Assembly (NCBI GenBank): GCA_900319635.1
Contig: ONPF01000014.1
Span: 21,009-85,008 of the forward strand
Source: an uncultured Eubacteriales bacterium
GTDB taxonomy: Bacteria; Bacillota; Clostridia; Oscillospirales; Oscillospiraceae
Direction: 5' to 3'
DNA: 64,000 bases
Below, in pieces: positions 25,408 to 34,801 of the stretch (position 1 is its first letter; every line of letters begins with the position of its first letter). The translations under genes and the position numbers were made by a program. Under the pieces are notes generated by a model. It saw only the letters and a program-made list of their open reading frames with translations, had not been told where the DNA came from and searched no databases.

Positions 25408-26316
25408 ATGCAGGAACCGACTCTTGTTATCCTGGCGGCGGGCATGGGCAGCCGCTTCGGCGGGCTCAAGCAGATCACCGCTGTGGACGATTTCGGCCAC
25501 GCCATCATCGACTTTTCCCTCTATGACGCCTGGCGGGCGGGCTTCCGCAAGGTGGTTTTCATCATCAAGCATGAGATCGAGGAGGACTTCAAGGCCGCCG
25601 TGGGGCGCCGGATGGAGAAATACTTTGATGTGAAGTACGTCTTCCAGCAGATCGACATGCTGCCCGAGGGCTATTCTGTCCCGGCATGCCGCAAAAAGCC
25701 CTGGGGCACGGCCCACGCGGTGCTCTGCGCGGCCCAGGCCATCGACGGCCCCTTCGCCGTCATCAATGCCGACGACTTCTACGGCCGCGGCGCCTTTGAG
25801 ACCATCTACCGCTTCCTGGCCGCCGACCGGCCGGGCAACCGGCACGCCATGGTGGCCTACCTGCTCCGGAACACCGTCACCGAGCACGGCACCGTGGCCC
25901 GTGGCATCTGCCAGGTGGAAAAGGGGCTCCTCACCGATGTGGTGGAGCGCACCAGGATCGCAAAACGGGGCGAGGACGCCGCCTTCACCGAGGACGGGGA
26001 GACCTGGGTCCCCCTCTCCGGCGACTGTCCGGTGTCCATGAACTTCTGGGGCTTCGGGCAGGATATGCTGCTTGAGCTGCGGGATCGCTTCCCCGCCTGG
26101 CTGGACGCCAATCTGCCGGTGAACCCGGAGAAGGCGGAGTACTTCCTCCCCTTCGTGACCAACGCCCTCATCCACGAGGGGAAGGGCACGGTGGAGGTGC
26201 TCCCCTGCCATGAGACCTGGCACGGCATCACCTACAAAGAGGACATGCCGGATGTGGTAAACTATATCGCGGGGCTGCGCCGGGAGGGCGTGTACCCGGA
26301 TGCACTTTTGGACTAA
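25408..26316 (+). CDS. Sugar-1-phosphate nucleotidyltransferase-family protein
   Basis: N-terminal LAAGMGSRFGG signature. It is adjacent to galE. Confidence 0.75.
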   Translation: MQEPTLVILAAGMGSRFGGLKQITAVDDFGHAIIDFSLYDAWRAGFRKVVFIIKHEIEEDFKAAVGRRMEKYFDVKYVFQQIDMLPEGYSVPACRKKPWGTAHAVLCAAQAIDGPFAVINADDFYGRGAFETIYRFLAADRPGNRHAMVAYLLRNTVTEHGTVARGICQVEKGLLTDVVERTRIAKRGEDAAFTEDGETWVPLSGDCPVSMNFWGFGQDMLLELRDRFPAWLDANLPVNPEKAEYFLPFVTNALIHEGKGTVEVLPCHETWHGITYKEDMPDVVNYIAGLRREGVYPDALLD

Positions 26317-26332
26317 CAATGGAGGATCGAAC

Positions 26333-27358
26333 ATGAACGTACTCGTCACCGGCGGGGCCGGTTATATCGGAAGCCACACCTGCGTGGAGCTGCTGGAGCA
26401 GGACATCGGCGTGGTGGTCATCGACAATCTGGTGAACTCCAGCGCCAAGGCCATTGAGCGGGTGGAGCAGATCACCGGCAAGCACGTGGATTTCTACCAG
26501 GAGGACGTGCGCAACCGCGCCGCCCTGGATCGGATCTTTGAAAAGCACAAGATCGACTGCACCATCCACTTCGCCGGTCTCAAGGCCGTGGGCGAATCGG
26601 TGGTCATGCCGCTGGAATACTACGACAACAACCTCTTCTCCACCATCACCCTCTGTGAGGCCATGCGGGATCACGGGGTACACGACATCGTGTTCTCCTC
26701 CTCCGCCACGGTCTACAACGGCTCGAACCAGATGCCTCTGAAGGAAACCGCCGTCACCGGCGGCTGCACCAACCCCTACGGCTGGACGAAATACATGTCC
26801 GAGCAGATCCTGCGGGACACCGCCAAGGCGGTGAACGATTTCTCCGTCTCCCTGCTGCGCTACTTTAACCCCATCGGCGCCCACCGCAGCGGCCTCATCG
26901 GCGAAGATCCCCGGGGCATCCCCAACAATCTGATGCCCTTTATCGCCCAGGTGGCCGTGGGCCGCCGAGATCACCTGAACATTTTCGGCGACGACTATGA
27001 CACCCCCGACGGCACCTGCATCCGGGACTATATCCACGTCACCGATCTGGCCCGGGGCCATGTGGCCGCCATCGACTACATGCGCCATCACCGGGGCGAG
27101 AACGTCTTCAACCTGGGCACCGGCACCGGCTACAGCGTGCTGGATATGGTGAAGACCTTCGAGAAGGTCAACGGCATCAAGATCCCCTATGAGATCGCCC
27201 CCCGCCGGGCCGGCGACCTGCCCCGGCTCTATTCCAACCCCGACAAGAGTGCCCAGCTTCTGGGCTGGAAGGCTCAGTACACCCTGGAGGACATGTGCCG
27301 GGACACCTGGAGCTGGCAGTCCAAGAACCCCATGGGCTACGGAACAAGTGAAGATTGA
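26333..27358 (+). CDS. galE: UDP-glucose 4-epimerase
   Basis: VLVTGGAGYIGSH, YGWTK and DYIHV motifs. The ATG at 26333 follows GGAGG. Confidence 0.95.
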   Translation: MNVLVTGGAGYIGSHTCVELLEQDIGVVVIDNLVNSSAKAIERVEQITGKHVDFYQEDVRNRAALDRIFEKHKIDCTIHFAGLKAVGESVVMPLEYYDNNLFSTITLCEAMRDHGVHDIVFSSSATVYNGSNQMPLKETAVTGGCTNPYGWTKYMSEQILRDTAKAVNDFSVSLLRYFNPIGAHRSGLIGEDPRGIPNNLMPFIAQVAVGRRDHLNIFGDDYDTPDGTCIRDYIHVTDLARGHVAAIDYMRHHRGENVFNLGTGTGYSVLDMVKTFEKVNGIKIPYEIAPRRAGDLPRLYSNPDKSAQLLGWKAQYTLEDMCRDTWSWQSKNPMGYGTSED

Positions 27359-27375
27359 ACAGTGAACAGTGATAA
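27349..27375 (+). repeat. TGA heptad array overlapping the galE stop
   Basis: TGA at 27349, 27356 (the galE stop), 27363 and 27370, then TAA at 27373. The period is exactly 7 nt. Confidence 0.8.
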
Positions 27376-27410
27376 AACGCAGGCGTCAGTAAAACCGACG
27401 CCTGCGTTTT
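27374..27410. terminator. Bidirectional intrinsic terminator (galE / degV convergent pair)
   Basis: 14-bp stem aaaacgcaggcgtc/gacgcctgcgtttt. Confidence 0.85.
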
Positions 27411-27452
27411 CGTATACGATCTTCTTTTCTTCCTCAGCTTTTTAATTCCGAA

Positions 27453-28304
27453 TTATTCCTCAATGAACAGCACGCCCAGGGTCTTGGGGCCGCAGTGGGT
27501 GGACACGGTGCAGCCGGCCAGGGTATGATGCACCTCCCGGCAGCCGGAGAGCTCCTGGGCCAGCTTGCACATCCGCTCCGCCACCTCCGGCTCCACCTCG
27601 CCGGACTCGGTGATGAAGATGTGGCCGGGGCGAACCTTCTTGCCCGCCAGCCGCTCCCGGATGTATTGCTCGTAGACCTTGTCGATATTGCCGCGGTATT
27701 TCTTGTAGACCACCAGCTTGCCGTCCCTCATCTCCAGGCCGGGCTTGAGGCGCAGGAGATTTGCGCCCAGGGCCGCGACGCCGGTGCAGCGTCCGCCCTT
27801 CCACATGAACTCCAGGGTATCCAGCACAAAGCTGGTGGAGACCTTGCCGGTCAGGCTCTCCAGATGCTCGTAGATCTCCCTGGCGCCCATGCCCCGATCC
27901 CGGCACTCCGCCCCCTCGATGGCCAGCAGCGCCACGCCGGTGGAGAGCATGCGGCTGTCCACCACATAGACGCCTTCCAGCTCCTGGGCGGCCAGCTTTG
28001 CCGTGCTGCAGGTGCTGGAGAGCTCAGAGCTGATGTCCACATGGACGATCTCGTAGCCCTGCTCCACATAGGGCGTGAAGAAGTCCAGCAGCTCCTGCAG
28101 GCCGGGCGCGGAGGTCTTGGGCAAGGTGCCGTCCTGCCGATAACGTCTGTACATATCCAGCGGCGTAAAGCTGACGCCGTCATCCAGAAAATGATCCTCC
28201 CCCAGGGTGATCATCAGGGGCAATACCTTGATGTCAAAACGCTTTACCAGATCCGGAGAGAGATCCACCGTGCTGTCAGCCGTAATCAAAACAGGTTTGG
28301 CCAT
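27453..28304 (-). CDS. DegV-family fatty-acid-binding protein
   Basis: ITADSTVDL N-terminus, 283 aa, typical DegV layout. Confidence 0.9.
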   Translation of the reverse strand: MAKPVLITADSTVDLSPDLVKRFDIKVLPLMITLGEDHFLDDGVSFTPLDMYRRYRQDGTLPKTSAPGLQELLDFFTPYVEQGYEIVHVDISSELSSTCSTAKLAAQELEGVYVVDSRMLSTGVALLAIEGAECRDRGMGAREIYEHLESLTGKVSTSFVLDTLEFMWKGGRCTGVAALGANLLRLKPGLEMRDGKLVVYKKYRGNIDKVYEQYIRERLAGKKVRPGHIFITESGEVEPEVAERMCKLAQELSGCREVHHTLAGCTVSTHCGPKTLGVLFIEE

Positions 28305-28481
28305 ACTGCGTCCACTCCTCGTTTGTCAATTTGGTGATATGTCTGGATTATAACAAAGCATTTCCCGTCTGTCTATCGTACACTTTGCCAAAAGTGTCTA
28401 AACCTCGTCGTTTTTTCTTGCTTTTTCTCTCCTCTTGCCTCATAATGTAGTCTGTGATTTTTTGAATCGGGAGGAAAGCCA

Positions 28482-29567
28482 ATGAAACGAATGACACGCG
28501 TTGCGCTGATCACCAGCGGCGGCGACTGCCAGGGTCTCAACGCCGCTATCCGGGGCGTGGGCAAAGCCCTGCGCCAGCGGATCCCCAATGTGGAGATCTA
28601 CGGCATGTACGACGGCTACCGGGGTCTGATCGAGTGCGACTACAAGTTTATGGAGTCCAAGGACTTTTCCGGCATTCTGACCCAGGGCGGCACCATCCTC
28701 GGCACCTCGCGGCAGCGCTACATTCCGGGCAAGGACATTGTGGACGAGAACGGCAACAGCCTGCTGCCGGACATGATGAGCACCTATAACCGGCTGAATC
28801 TGGACTGCCTGGTGATCATGGGCGGCAACGGCACCCAGAAGAGCGCCAAGCTCATTTCCGACTACGGCATGAACGTGGTCACCCTGCCCAAGACCATCGA
28901 CAACGACATCTACGGCACGGACACCACCTTCGGCTTCCAGAGCGCCGTGGACATCGCCACCAATGTCATCGACTATCTGCACACCACCGCCAGCTCCCAC
29001 GGGCGGGTCTTCGTGGTGGAGCTCATGGGCCGGGACGCGGGCTGGCTGACCCTGGCCGCCGGTATCTCCTCCGGCGCCGACGCGATCCTGATCCCCGAGA
29101 TCCCCTATGACATCGAGAGCGTGGCCGAACTGGTCCGTGCCCGCAAGAGGACCGGTCACGGCTTCTCCATCGTGGCCTGCGCCGAGGGCGCCGTCTCCAA
29201 GGACGACAAGAAGCTCACCGAGGAAGAGGCCCGCAAAAAGAAGGAGGCCAACCGCTATTCCACCGTCTCCTATGCCATCGCGGCGGAGATCGAGCGCCTC
29301 ACCGGTGCGGACACCCGCGTGACCGTCCCCGGCCATTACCAGAGAGGCGGCCCTCCCTGCCCCTACGACCGGCTGCTGGCTACCCAGTTCGGCACTGCCG
29401 CGGCGGATCTGATCGTCAACAAGCAGTATAACCGCATGGTGGCGATCCAGAACGGCAAGATCACCTCCATCCCCCTGGACGAGGCCGCCAGCAAGACCAA
29501 GTTCCTGCCGGTGGATCACCCCATCATCCAGGTGGCCCGGGACATCGGCATCTGCATGGGCGACTGA
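28482..29567 (+). CDS. pfkA: 6-phosphofructokinase
   Basis: TSGGDCQGLNAAIRG, MGGNGT, PKTIDNDI, ELMGRDAGW, GHYQRGG. Confidence 0.9.
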   Translation: MKRMTRVALITSGGDCQGLNAAIRGVGKALRQRIPNVEIYGMYDGYRGLIECDYKFMESKDFSGILTQGGTILGTSRQRYIPGKDIVDENGNSLLPDMMSTYNRLNLDCLVIMGGNGTQKSAKLISDYGMNVVTLPKTIDNDIYGTDTTFGFQSAVDIATNVIDYLHTTASSHGRVFVVELMGRDAGWLTLAAGISSGADAILIPEIPYDIESVAELVRARKRTGHGFSIVACAEGAVSKDDKKLTEEEARKKKEANRYSTVSYAIAAEIERLTGADTRVTVPGHYQRGGPPCPYDRLLATQFGTAAADLIVNKQYNRMVAIQNGKITSIPLDEAASKTKFLPVDHPIIQVARDIGICMGD

Positions 29568-29582
29568 TACCGCAAAACATTC

Positions 29583-29615
29583 AAACGGCACACGGAAGTT
29601 TTCCGTGTGCCGTTT
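29583..29615. terminator. Bidirectional terminator (pfkA / M20 convergent pair)
   Basis: 13-bp stem aaacggcacacgg/ccgtgtgccgttt. Confidence 0.85.
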
Positions 29616-29622
29616 GCTGTTT

Positions 29623-31059
29623 TCAGCGGTTTTCGCGGATCAGGCTCTTGTAGTAATCCACAGCGCCGGGCAGAGAGCAGACATCGATGTTCTCGTTGAT
29701 ACCGTGCATGCCCTTCATTTGCTCCGGCCCGTAGATTACCGGGGAAAAGCGGATGCAGGCGTCGCAGATCTTCTGATAAAAGCGGGCGTCGGTGCCGCCG
29801 GTCATCACATAGGGGCAGGTGGGCAGGCCCGGGAACACCTCGCCAATGACCTTTTCCACCAGGGCGTAGGCCGGGCTGTCGATGCGCACCGGCTCGCAGG
29901 CGTCGTTTGCCATCAGCACCTCCGTCTCCAGATCGTAGCGGGCCGCCAGCTCCCGGATCACCCGGTTGCTCTCCTCCAGGCGCTGGTGGGGGATGTAGCG
30001 CAGATCCAGGGTGAGGCTTGCCTGCTGGGGCAGGACGTTGGGCGCGTCGGAGCCGGACTGCATGGTAAAGGCCACGGTGGTCTTGAGAAGAGCGCCGGCC
30101 TGGGGAGAGATCTTCGGCAGCAGCTTTTTCAGCAGGGGCTTGAAGAGCCAGAGATTGCCGAAGAGGAGCCGCAGATAGAAGGGCCCGTAGGGCGCGAGAG
30201 TCCGGAACATGGCGGTGACCTCCGGCTCGAAGTCCGCCCGCATGGGGTCGCGCTTCTCCACCCGGGCGATGAACTTGCCAAGCCGGGCGATGGGCGAGTT
30301 TTTGGGCGGATAGCTGGCGTGGCCGCCGCCTGAGCGGGCGGTGAGCCGCAGGGCGCCCCTTCCCTTCTCCAGCACGCCGATCATGGCGTAGCAGCCCTTC
30401 ACGCCGCCGATGGGCTCCTGCACGATGGCGCCGCCCTCGTCACAGACCAAAAAGGGCTTTACGCCCCGGCGGGAGAGCTCCTCCACCAGCTTGGGGCAGC
30501 CGTCGCCGCCGAACTCCTCCGTGCAGGAGGAGCTGAGATAGACATCCTGCTCCGGCTCGAAGCCCTGCTCCAGCAGCTCCTCCACCGCCTGGAAAAAGCC
30601 CATCACGGAGCACTTGGTGTCGGCGCTGCCCCGGCCCCAGACCTTGCCCTCCGCGATGTCGCCGGAGAAGGGCTCATGCTTCCACTCCCCCTCGGCGGGC
30701 ACCACGTCCTGGTGACTCATGAGCACCAGGGGCCGGTCGTGGGACTTGCCTTTCCAGTAGAAGAGCAGGTTCCCGTCGATCTCGGTCTTTTCCAGCTTTT
30801 CGTGCACCAGGGGGAAGAGCTCCTCCAGCAGCCGGTGGAAGCCCAAAAACTTCTCCCTCTGATCCTCCCCCTTGCGGGAGACGGTTTCGCAGCGCACCAT
30901 GCGGGAGAGGGTCTCGGCGTAGCGCGCCTCCCGCTCCGGCTCCGCGGCGGGCTTCCAGCGGGACTGCTTCGCCGGGCTCAGCAGGGTGCGCAGCAGGGCA
31001 ATCAGCAGCAGCAAAAGGCCCAGGCCCAGAAGGCCCAGCAGTATGTACAGTGCGATCAT
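29623..31059 (-). CDS. M20-family metallopeptidase/deacylase with N-terminal membrane anchor
   Basis: Hydrophobic N-terminus, then HQDVVP, GRGSADTK, EEFGG and GGTDARF motifs. Confidence 0.85.
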   Translation of the reverse strand: MIALYILLGLLGLGLLLLLIALLRTLLSPAKQSRWKPAAEPEREARYAETLSRMVRCETVSRKGEDQREKFLGFHRLLEELFPLVHEKLEKTEIDGNLLFYWKGKSHDRPLVLMSHQDVVPAEGEWKHEPFSGDIAEGKVWGRGSADTKCSVMGFFQAVEELLEQGFEPEQDVYLSSSCTEEFGGDGCPKLVEELSRRGVKPFLVCDEGGAIVQEPIGGVKGCYAMIGVLEKGRGALRLTARSGGGHASYPPKNSPIARLGKFIARVEKRDPMRADFEPEVTAMFRTLAPYGPFYLRLLFGNLWLFKPLLKKLLPKISPQAGALLKTTVAFTMQSGSDAPNVLPQQASLTLDLRYIPHQRLEESNRVIRELAARYDLETEVLMANDACEPVRIDSPAYALVEKVIGEVFPGLPTCPYVMTGGTDARFYQKICDACIRFSPVIYGPEQMKGMHGINENIDVCSLPGAVDYYKSLIRENR

Positions 31060-31754
31060 GCCTGCGCCTCCTTTGCGGCTCTGTCACGCCGGAAATAGAA
31101 CCAGGCCAGGCCGATGGCTACGGCGCCGCTGGGGGTGATCATAAAGCTGGTGGAGCCGATGAGCCCGGGCACCAGCATGAACAGCGCTGCCATCAGCAGC
31201 ACGGTCGGGCAGGCGATGCGCCCGTGATGCCGGTAGTACTTGCAGGCCATGGCCCCAAAGAGGGCGGGGAGCACGCTGTCAAAGGCCGGCTTCAGCACCG
31301 GGGAATCCAGCACCGGCCGCAGCGGGCTCAGCAGCAGCACCCCCAGGGCCAGGATCAGGATGGTGACCAGGGAGGAGGTGGCAATGGACAGGGTGGAGAT
31401 GATCTCGTTCTCCGCCGTGCCGGACTTTGCCCCCACGATGTCCCGGGCGTTCATGGCGCAGGGGATCTTCATGTTGATGAGGTTGCCGGTGATGAAGGCC
31501 AGATAGCTGCCGCCGGCGCCCAGCATGGGCACATAGATCAGATACTCCGCCACGCAGCTGACCAGGTACACCAGGCCGATGCTGGCAAAGCCCCTGCCCA
31601 TGGCGCCCAGATCCGGCATGGCCCCCAGATAGGCTCCGATGGCGAAGGGCGCGCCCAGAAGCAGCACCAGGGCGATCACGCAGGCGATGCGGCCCAGCAG
31701 GTGGGTCGTGTTCAGATACCGCTCGTAGATTTCCCGATTCTTTTCTTCGTTCAT
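31056..31754 (-). CDS. Hypothetical multi-pass membrane protein (232 aa)
   Basis: At least six hydrophobic segments. It has a 4-nt overlap with the M20 gene. No family was recognised. Confidence 0.6.
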   Translation of the reverse strand: MNEEKNREIYERYLNTTHLLGRIACVIALVLLLGAPFAIGAYLGAMPDLGAMGRGFASIGLVYLVSCVAEYLIYVPMLGAGGSYLAFITGNLINMKIPCAMNARDIVGAKSGTAENEIISTLSIATSSLVTILILALGVLLLSPLRPVLDSPVLKPAFDSVLPALFGAMACKYYRHHGRIACPTVLLMAALFMLVPGLIGSTSFMITPSGAVAIGLAWFYFRRDRAAKEAQA

Positions 31755-31766
31755 GTCAGCACCCCC

Positions 31767-32534
31767 TTACGCAAGCCATCCCAGAAAGATGGCCGAGGTC
31801 ATGGCGATCAGCATACTGCCGGCAATGGAGAAGCTCTCCACCCAGGCCGCGTGCCAGCGCTCCTGGATCCAGAGGAAGAGGCGCATGGCCGCGGCCCCCA
31901 CCAGAGCCACCGCCAGCGGGATCCAGTCCCCCGCGAAGCGGAAGAGCCCCTCTCCGGAGACGAAGCCGCCCACATAGCTGCCCAGATACGCGGAGACCAG
32001 CCCGATGAACATGGCGGTCATGGCGATGTCGCCGAAGCCGGAGAGGGCGGATTTTTTCTTCGCCTTTTCCCCGCCGCCGGCGCCGAGTCTGCGGGTATAG
32101 CGCTTGCAGTTGAAGAGGCTGAAGACCATGCCCCAGATGATGCACACGCTCATCAGCAGAGCGATGGTGGCAAAGCTCCCGGGGGTCATGTAGTCCATGG
32201 ACAGGCTCTTCATGCCGACAGCCTCGGCAGCGGCGCCCGCCACCTGGGTCTCATAGTGCAGGGCCCCGATGACGCTCAGGCGCAGCCAGGGCCAGGCCGT
32301 GCCCAGATTGCCCGACAGGGCGATGACGCCCAGCAGGATGCCGATGCTGGGCAGCACCGCGAAGGTTGCGCTGGCCACGATGGTTCGCTTCATTTTGTTC
32401 ACGTCCATGCCGATGGCTTTCCCCGCCCGGTACGCCCGCACGGCGAACACCACGCAGGTCAGGGCCACCACCAGCACGATGCTCCCGCAGATCAGAAACA
32501 TCACGGGACTGTTGAGCTGGTTCTTGAGTTCCAC
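31767..32534 (-). CDS. Hypothetical multi-pass membrane protein (255 aa; DUF5058-like by recall)
   Basis: Hydrophobic profile. It lies 12 nt upstream of the next gene. The family assignment is tentative. Confidence 0.6.
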   Translation of the reverse strand: MELKNQLNSPVMFLICGSIVLVVALTCVVFAVRAYRAGKAIGMDVNKMKRTIVASATFAVLPSIGILLGVIALSGNLGTAWPWLRLSVIGALHYETQVAGAAAEAVGMKSLSMDYMTPGSFATIALLMSVCIIWGMVFSLFNCKRYTRRLGAGGGEKAKKKSALSGFGDIAMTAMFIGLVSAYLGSYVGGFVSGEGLFRFAGDWIPLAVALVGAAAMRLFLWIQERWHAAWVESFSIAGSMLIAMTSAIFLGWLA

Positions 32535-32648
32535 GGTATCACCTCTCGTTTCTTTTTTTCGCTAAACCAAGTATAATTCCCCCGGAGCCGTTTTTCAACC
32601 GCAACTTGTGCGTTTCCGGTCATTTTCTGCCCGCGCTGCCACTACATC

Positions 32649-32677
32649 TTGCATTTCACGGCCCTTTGTGGTAAAAT
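32649..32677 (+). promoter_or_regulatory. Putative promoter of the topoisomerase pair
   Basis: TTGCAT-17nt-TAAAAT. Confidence 0.4.
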
Positions 32678-32721
32678 ATATTGGTTATAATCGGTAATTT
32701 GTGCAGCAAAGGAACGAAACT

Positions 32722-34716
32722 ATGGCAAAGACGAACGAACAGTACGGAAACGACTCGATCTCCCAGCTGAAGGGCGCGGATCGGGTGCGCAAGCGCCCCG
32801 GCGTCATCTTCGGCTCCGACGGGCTGGACGGCTGCGAGCACGCGGTATTCGAGATCCTCTCCAACTCCATCGACGAGGCGCGGGAGGGCCACGGCAATCT
32901 CATCACCCTCAGCTACTATGAGGACAAGTCCATCGAGGTGGAGGACTTCGGACGGGGCTGCCCCCTGGACTGGAACCCCACGGAGAAGCGCTTCAACTGG
33001 GAGCTGGTGTTCTGCGAGCTCTACGCCGGCGGCAAGTATAAAAACGACGACGGCGGCGATTACGAGTACTCCCTGGGGCTCAACGGTCTGGGCTCCTGCG
33101 CCACCCAGTACGCCTCCGAGTACATGGACGTGACGGTGTGGCGGGACGGGAACAAGTACAGCCTCCATTTCAAGAAGGGCAAGGTGCAGGGCAAGAAGGG
33201 CCAGGAGCTTCTCATCGAGCCCGCCGACCGGAAGAAGACCGGCACCACCATCCGCTGGCGGCCGGATCTGGAGGTCTTTACGGACATCAACATCCCCGAG
33301 GACTATTTTGACGACGTGCTGCACCGCCAGGCGGTGGTGAACGCGGGCGTCACCTTCCGGCTGCGCATCCAGCGGGGCAAGCAGTTTGAGACCCGGGACT
33401 ACTGCTACCCCAACGGCATCATGGACTATGTGACGGAGCTGGCCGGCGAGGGCCCCCTCACCGCGCCCCACTTCGTCTCCACCGAGCGGAAGGGCCGGGA
33501 TCGGGAGGACAAGCCCGAGTACAAGGTGAAGATCTCCGCCGCCTTCTGCTTCTCCAACAAGACCACAGCCCTGGAGTACTACCACAACTCCTCGTGGCTT
33601 GAAAACGGCGGCGCGCCGGACAAGGCGGTGAAGAGCGCCTTCCTCTCCGCCATCGACGCCTATCTGAAGCAGCAGGGCAAGTACCAGAAGAACGAGAGCT
33701 CCATCAAGTTTCAGGACATTCAGGACTGTCTGGTGCTGGTGACGAACTGCTTCTCCACCCAGACCTCCTACGAAAACCAGACCAAGAAGGCCATCAACAA
33801 CAAGTTCATCCAGCAGGCCATGACGGAATTTCTCAAGGCGCAGCTGGAGGTCTATTTCATTGAGAATAAGCCCGAGGCCACCCGCATCTCCGACCAGGTG
33901 CTCATCAACAAGCGCAGCCGGGAGACCGCCGAGAAGGCCCGCCAGGGCATGAAAAAGAAGCTCTCCGGCTCCATCGACATCGCAAACCGGGTGCAGAAGT
34001 TTGTGGACTGCCGCAGCAGGGACCCGGAGAAGCGGGAGATCTACATCGTGGAGGGCGACTCGGCTCTGGGCTCGGTGAAGCTCTCGCGAGACGCGGAATA
34101 CCAGGGCATCATGCCCGTGCGGGGCAAGATCCTCAACTGCCTGAAGGCCGACTACGTCCGCATCTTCAAGAGCGACGTCATCACCGATCTGATGAAGGTG
34201 CTGGGCTGCGGCGTGGAGGTCAGGGACAAGCACACCAAGGAGCTGCAGAGCTTCGATCTGAATAACCTGCGCTGGAGCAAGGTGGTCATCTGCACCGACG
34301 CGGACGTGGACGGCTATCATATCCGCACGCTGATCCTCACCATGCTCTACCGGCTGGTGCCGACCCTCATCCGGGAGGGCTATGTGTACATCGCGGAGTC
34401 GCCGCTGTACGAGATCAACAGCAAAGGCAAGACCTGGTTTGCCTACTCGGAGAAGGAAAAGGCGGAGATCGTGGAGAGCCTCAAGGGCGCCAAGGCCACC
34501 ATCAGCCGCAGCAAGGGTCTGGGCGAGAACGACCCGGACATGATGTGGATGACCACCATGAATCCGGAGACCCGGCGGCTTATCAAGGTCATGCCGGAGG
34601 ACGCGGAGCGCATGGCCCAGGTCTTCGACCTGCTGCTGGGAGACGATCTGGAGGGGCGGAAGAACCACATCTCCGAATTCGGCGCCCAGTATTTGGACCT
34701 GGCGGATCTGTCGTAA
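32722..34716 (+). CDS. parE: Type IIA topoisomerase subunit B (ParE/GyrB paralogue)
   Basis: GHKL N-terminus (ILSNSIDEA, GLNGLG) and Toprim (EGDSA, DADVDGYHI). Start at the ATG at 32722. The sequence diverges from canonical GyrB, so the symbol is tentative. Confidence 0.8.
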   Translation: MAKTNEQYGNDSISQLKGADRVRKRPGVIFGSDGLDGCEHAVFEILSNSIDEAREGHGNLITLSYYEDKSIEVEDFGRGCPLDWNPTEKRFNWELVFCELYAGGKYKNDDGGDYEYSLGLNGLGSCATQYASEYMDVTVWRDGNKYSLHFKKGKVQGKKGQELLIEPADRKKTGTTIRWRPDLEVFTDINIPEDYFDDVLHRQAVVNAGVTFRLRIQRGKQFETRDYCYPNGIMDYVTELAGEGPLTAPHFVSTERKGRDREDKPEYKVKISAAFCFSNKTTALEYYHNSSWLENGGAPDKAVKSAFLSAIDAYLKQQGKYQKNESSIKFQDIQDCLVLVTNCFSTQTSYENQTKKAINNKFIQQAMTEFLKAQLEVYFIENKPEATRISDQVLINKRSRETAEKARQGMKKKLSGSIDIANRVQKFVDCRSRDPEKREIYIVEGDSALGSVKLSRDAEYQGIMPVRGKILNCLKADYVRIFKSDVITDLMKVLGCGVEVRDKHTKELQSFDLNNLRWSKVVICTDADVDGYHIRTLILTMLYRLVPTLIREGYVYIAESPLYEINSKGKTWFAYSEKEKAEIVESLKGAKATISRSKGLGENDPDMMWMTTMNPETRRLIKVMPEDAERMAQVFDLLLGDDLEGRKNHISEFGAQYLDLADLS

Positions 34717-34756
34717 TCAATCCAATCCGTGCCGCAAAGCGGCACACCGCAATTAT

Positions 34757-34786
34757 TCATTTTTCAAACTTCATTTTTCACTTTCA
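34757..34786 (-). repeat. TGA heptad array on the minus strand in the parE-parC spacer
   Basis: Plus-strand tca at 34757, 34764, 34771 and 34778 (7-nt period), and at 34784. Confidence 0.7.
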
Positions 34787-34801
34787 CACGGAGTGTGACC
34801 T

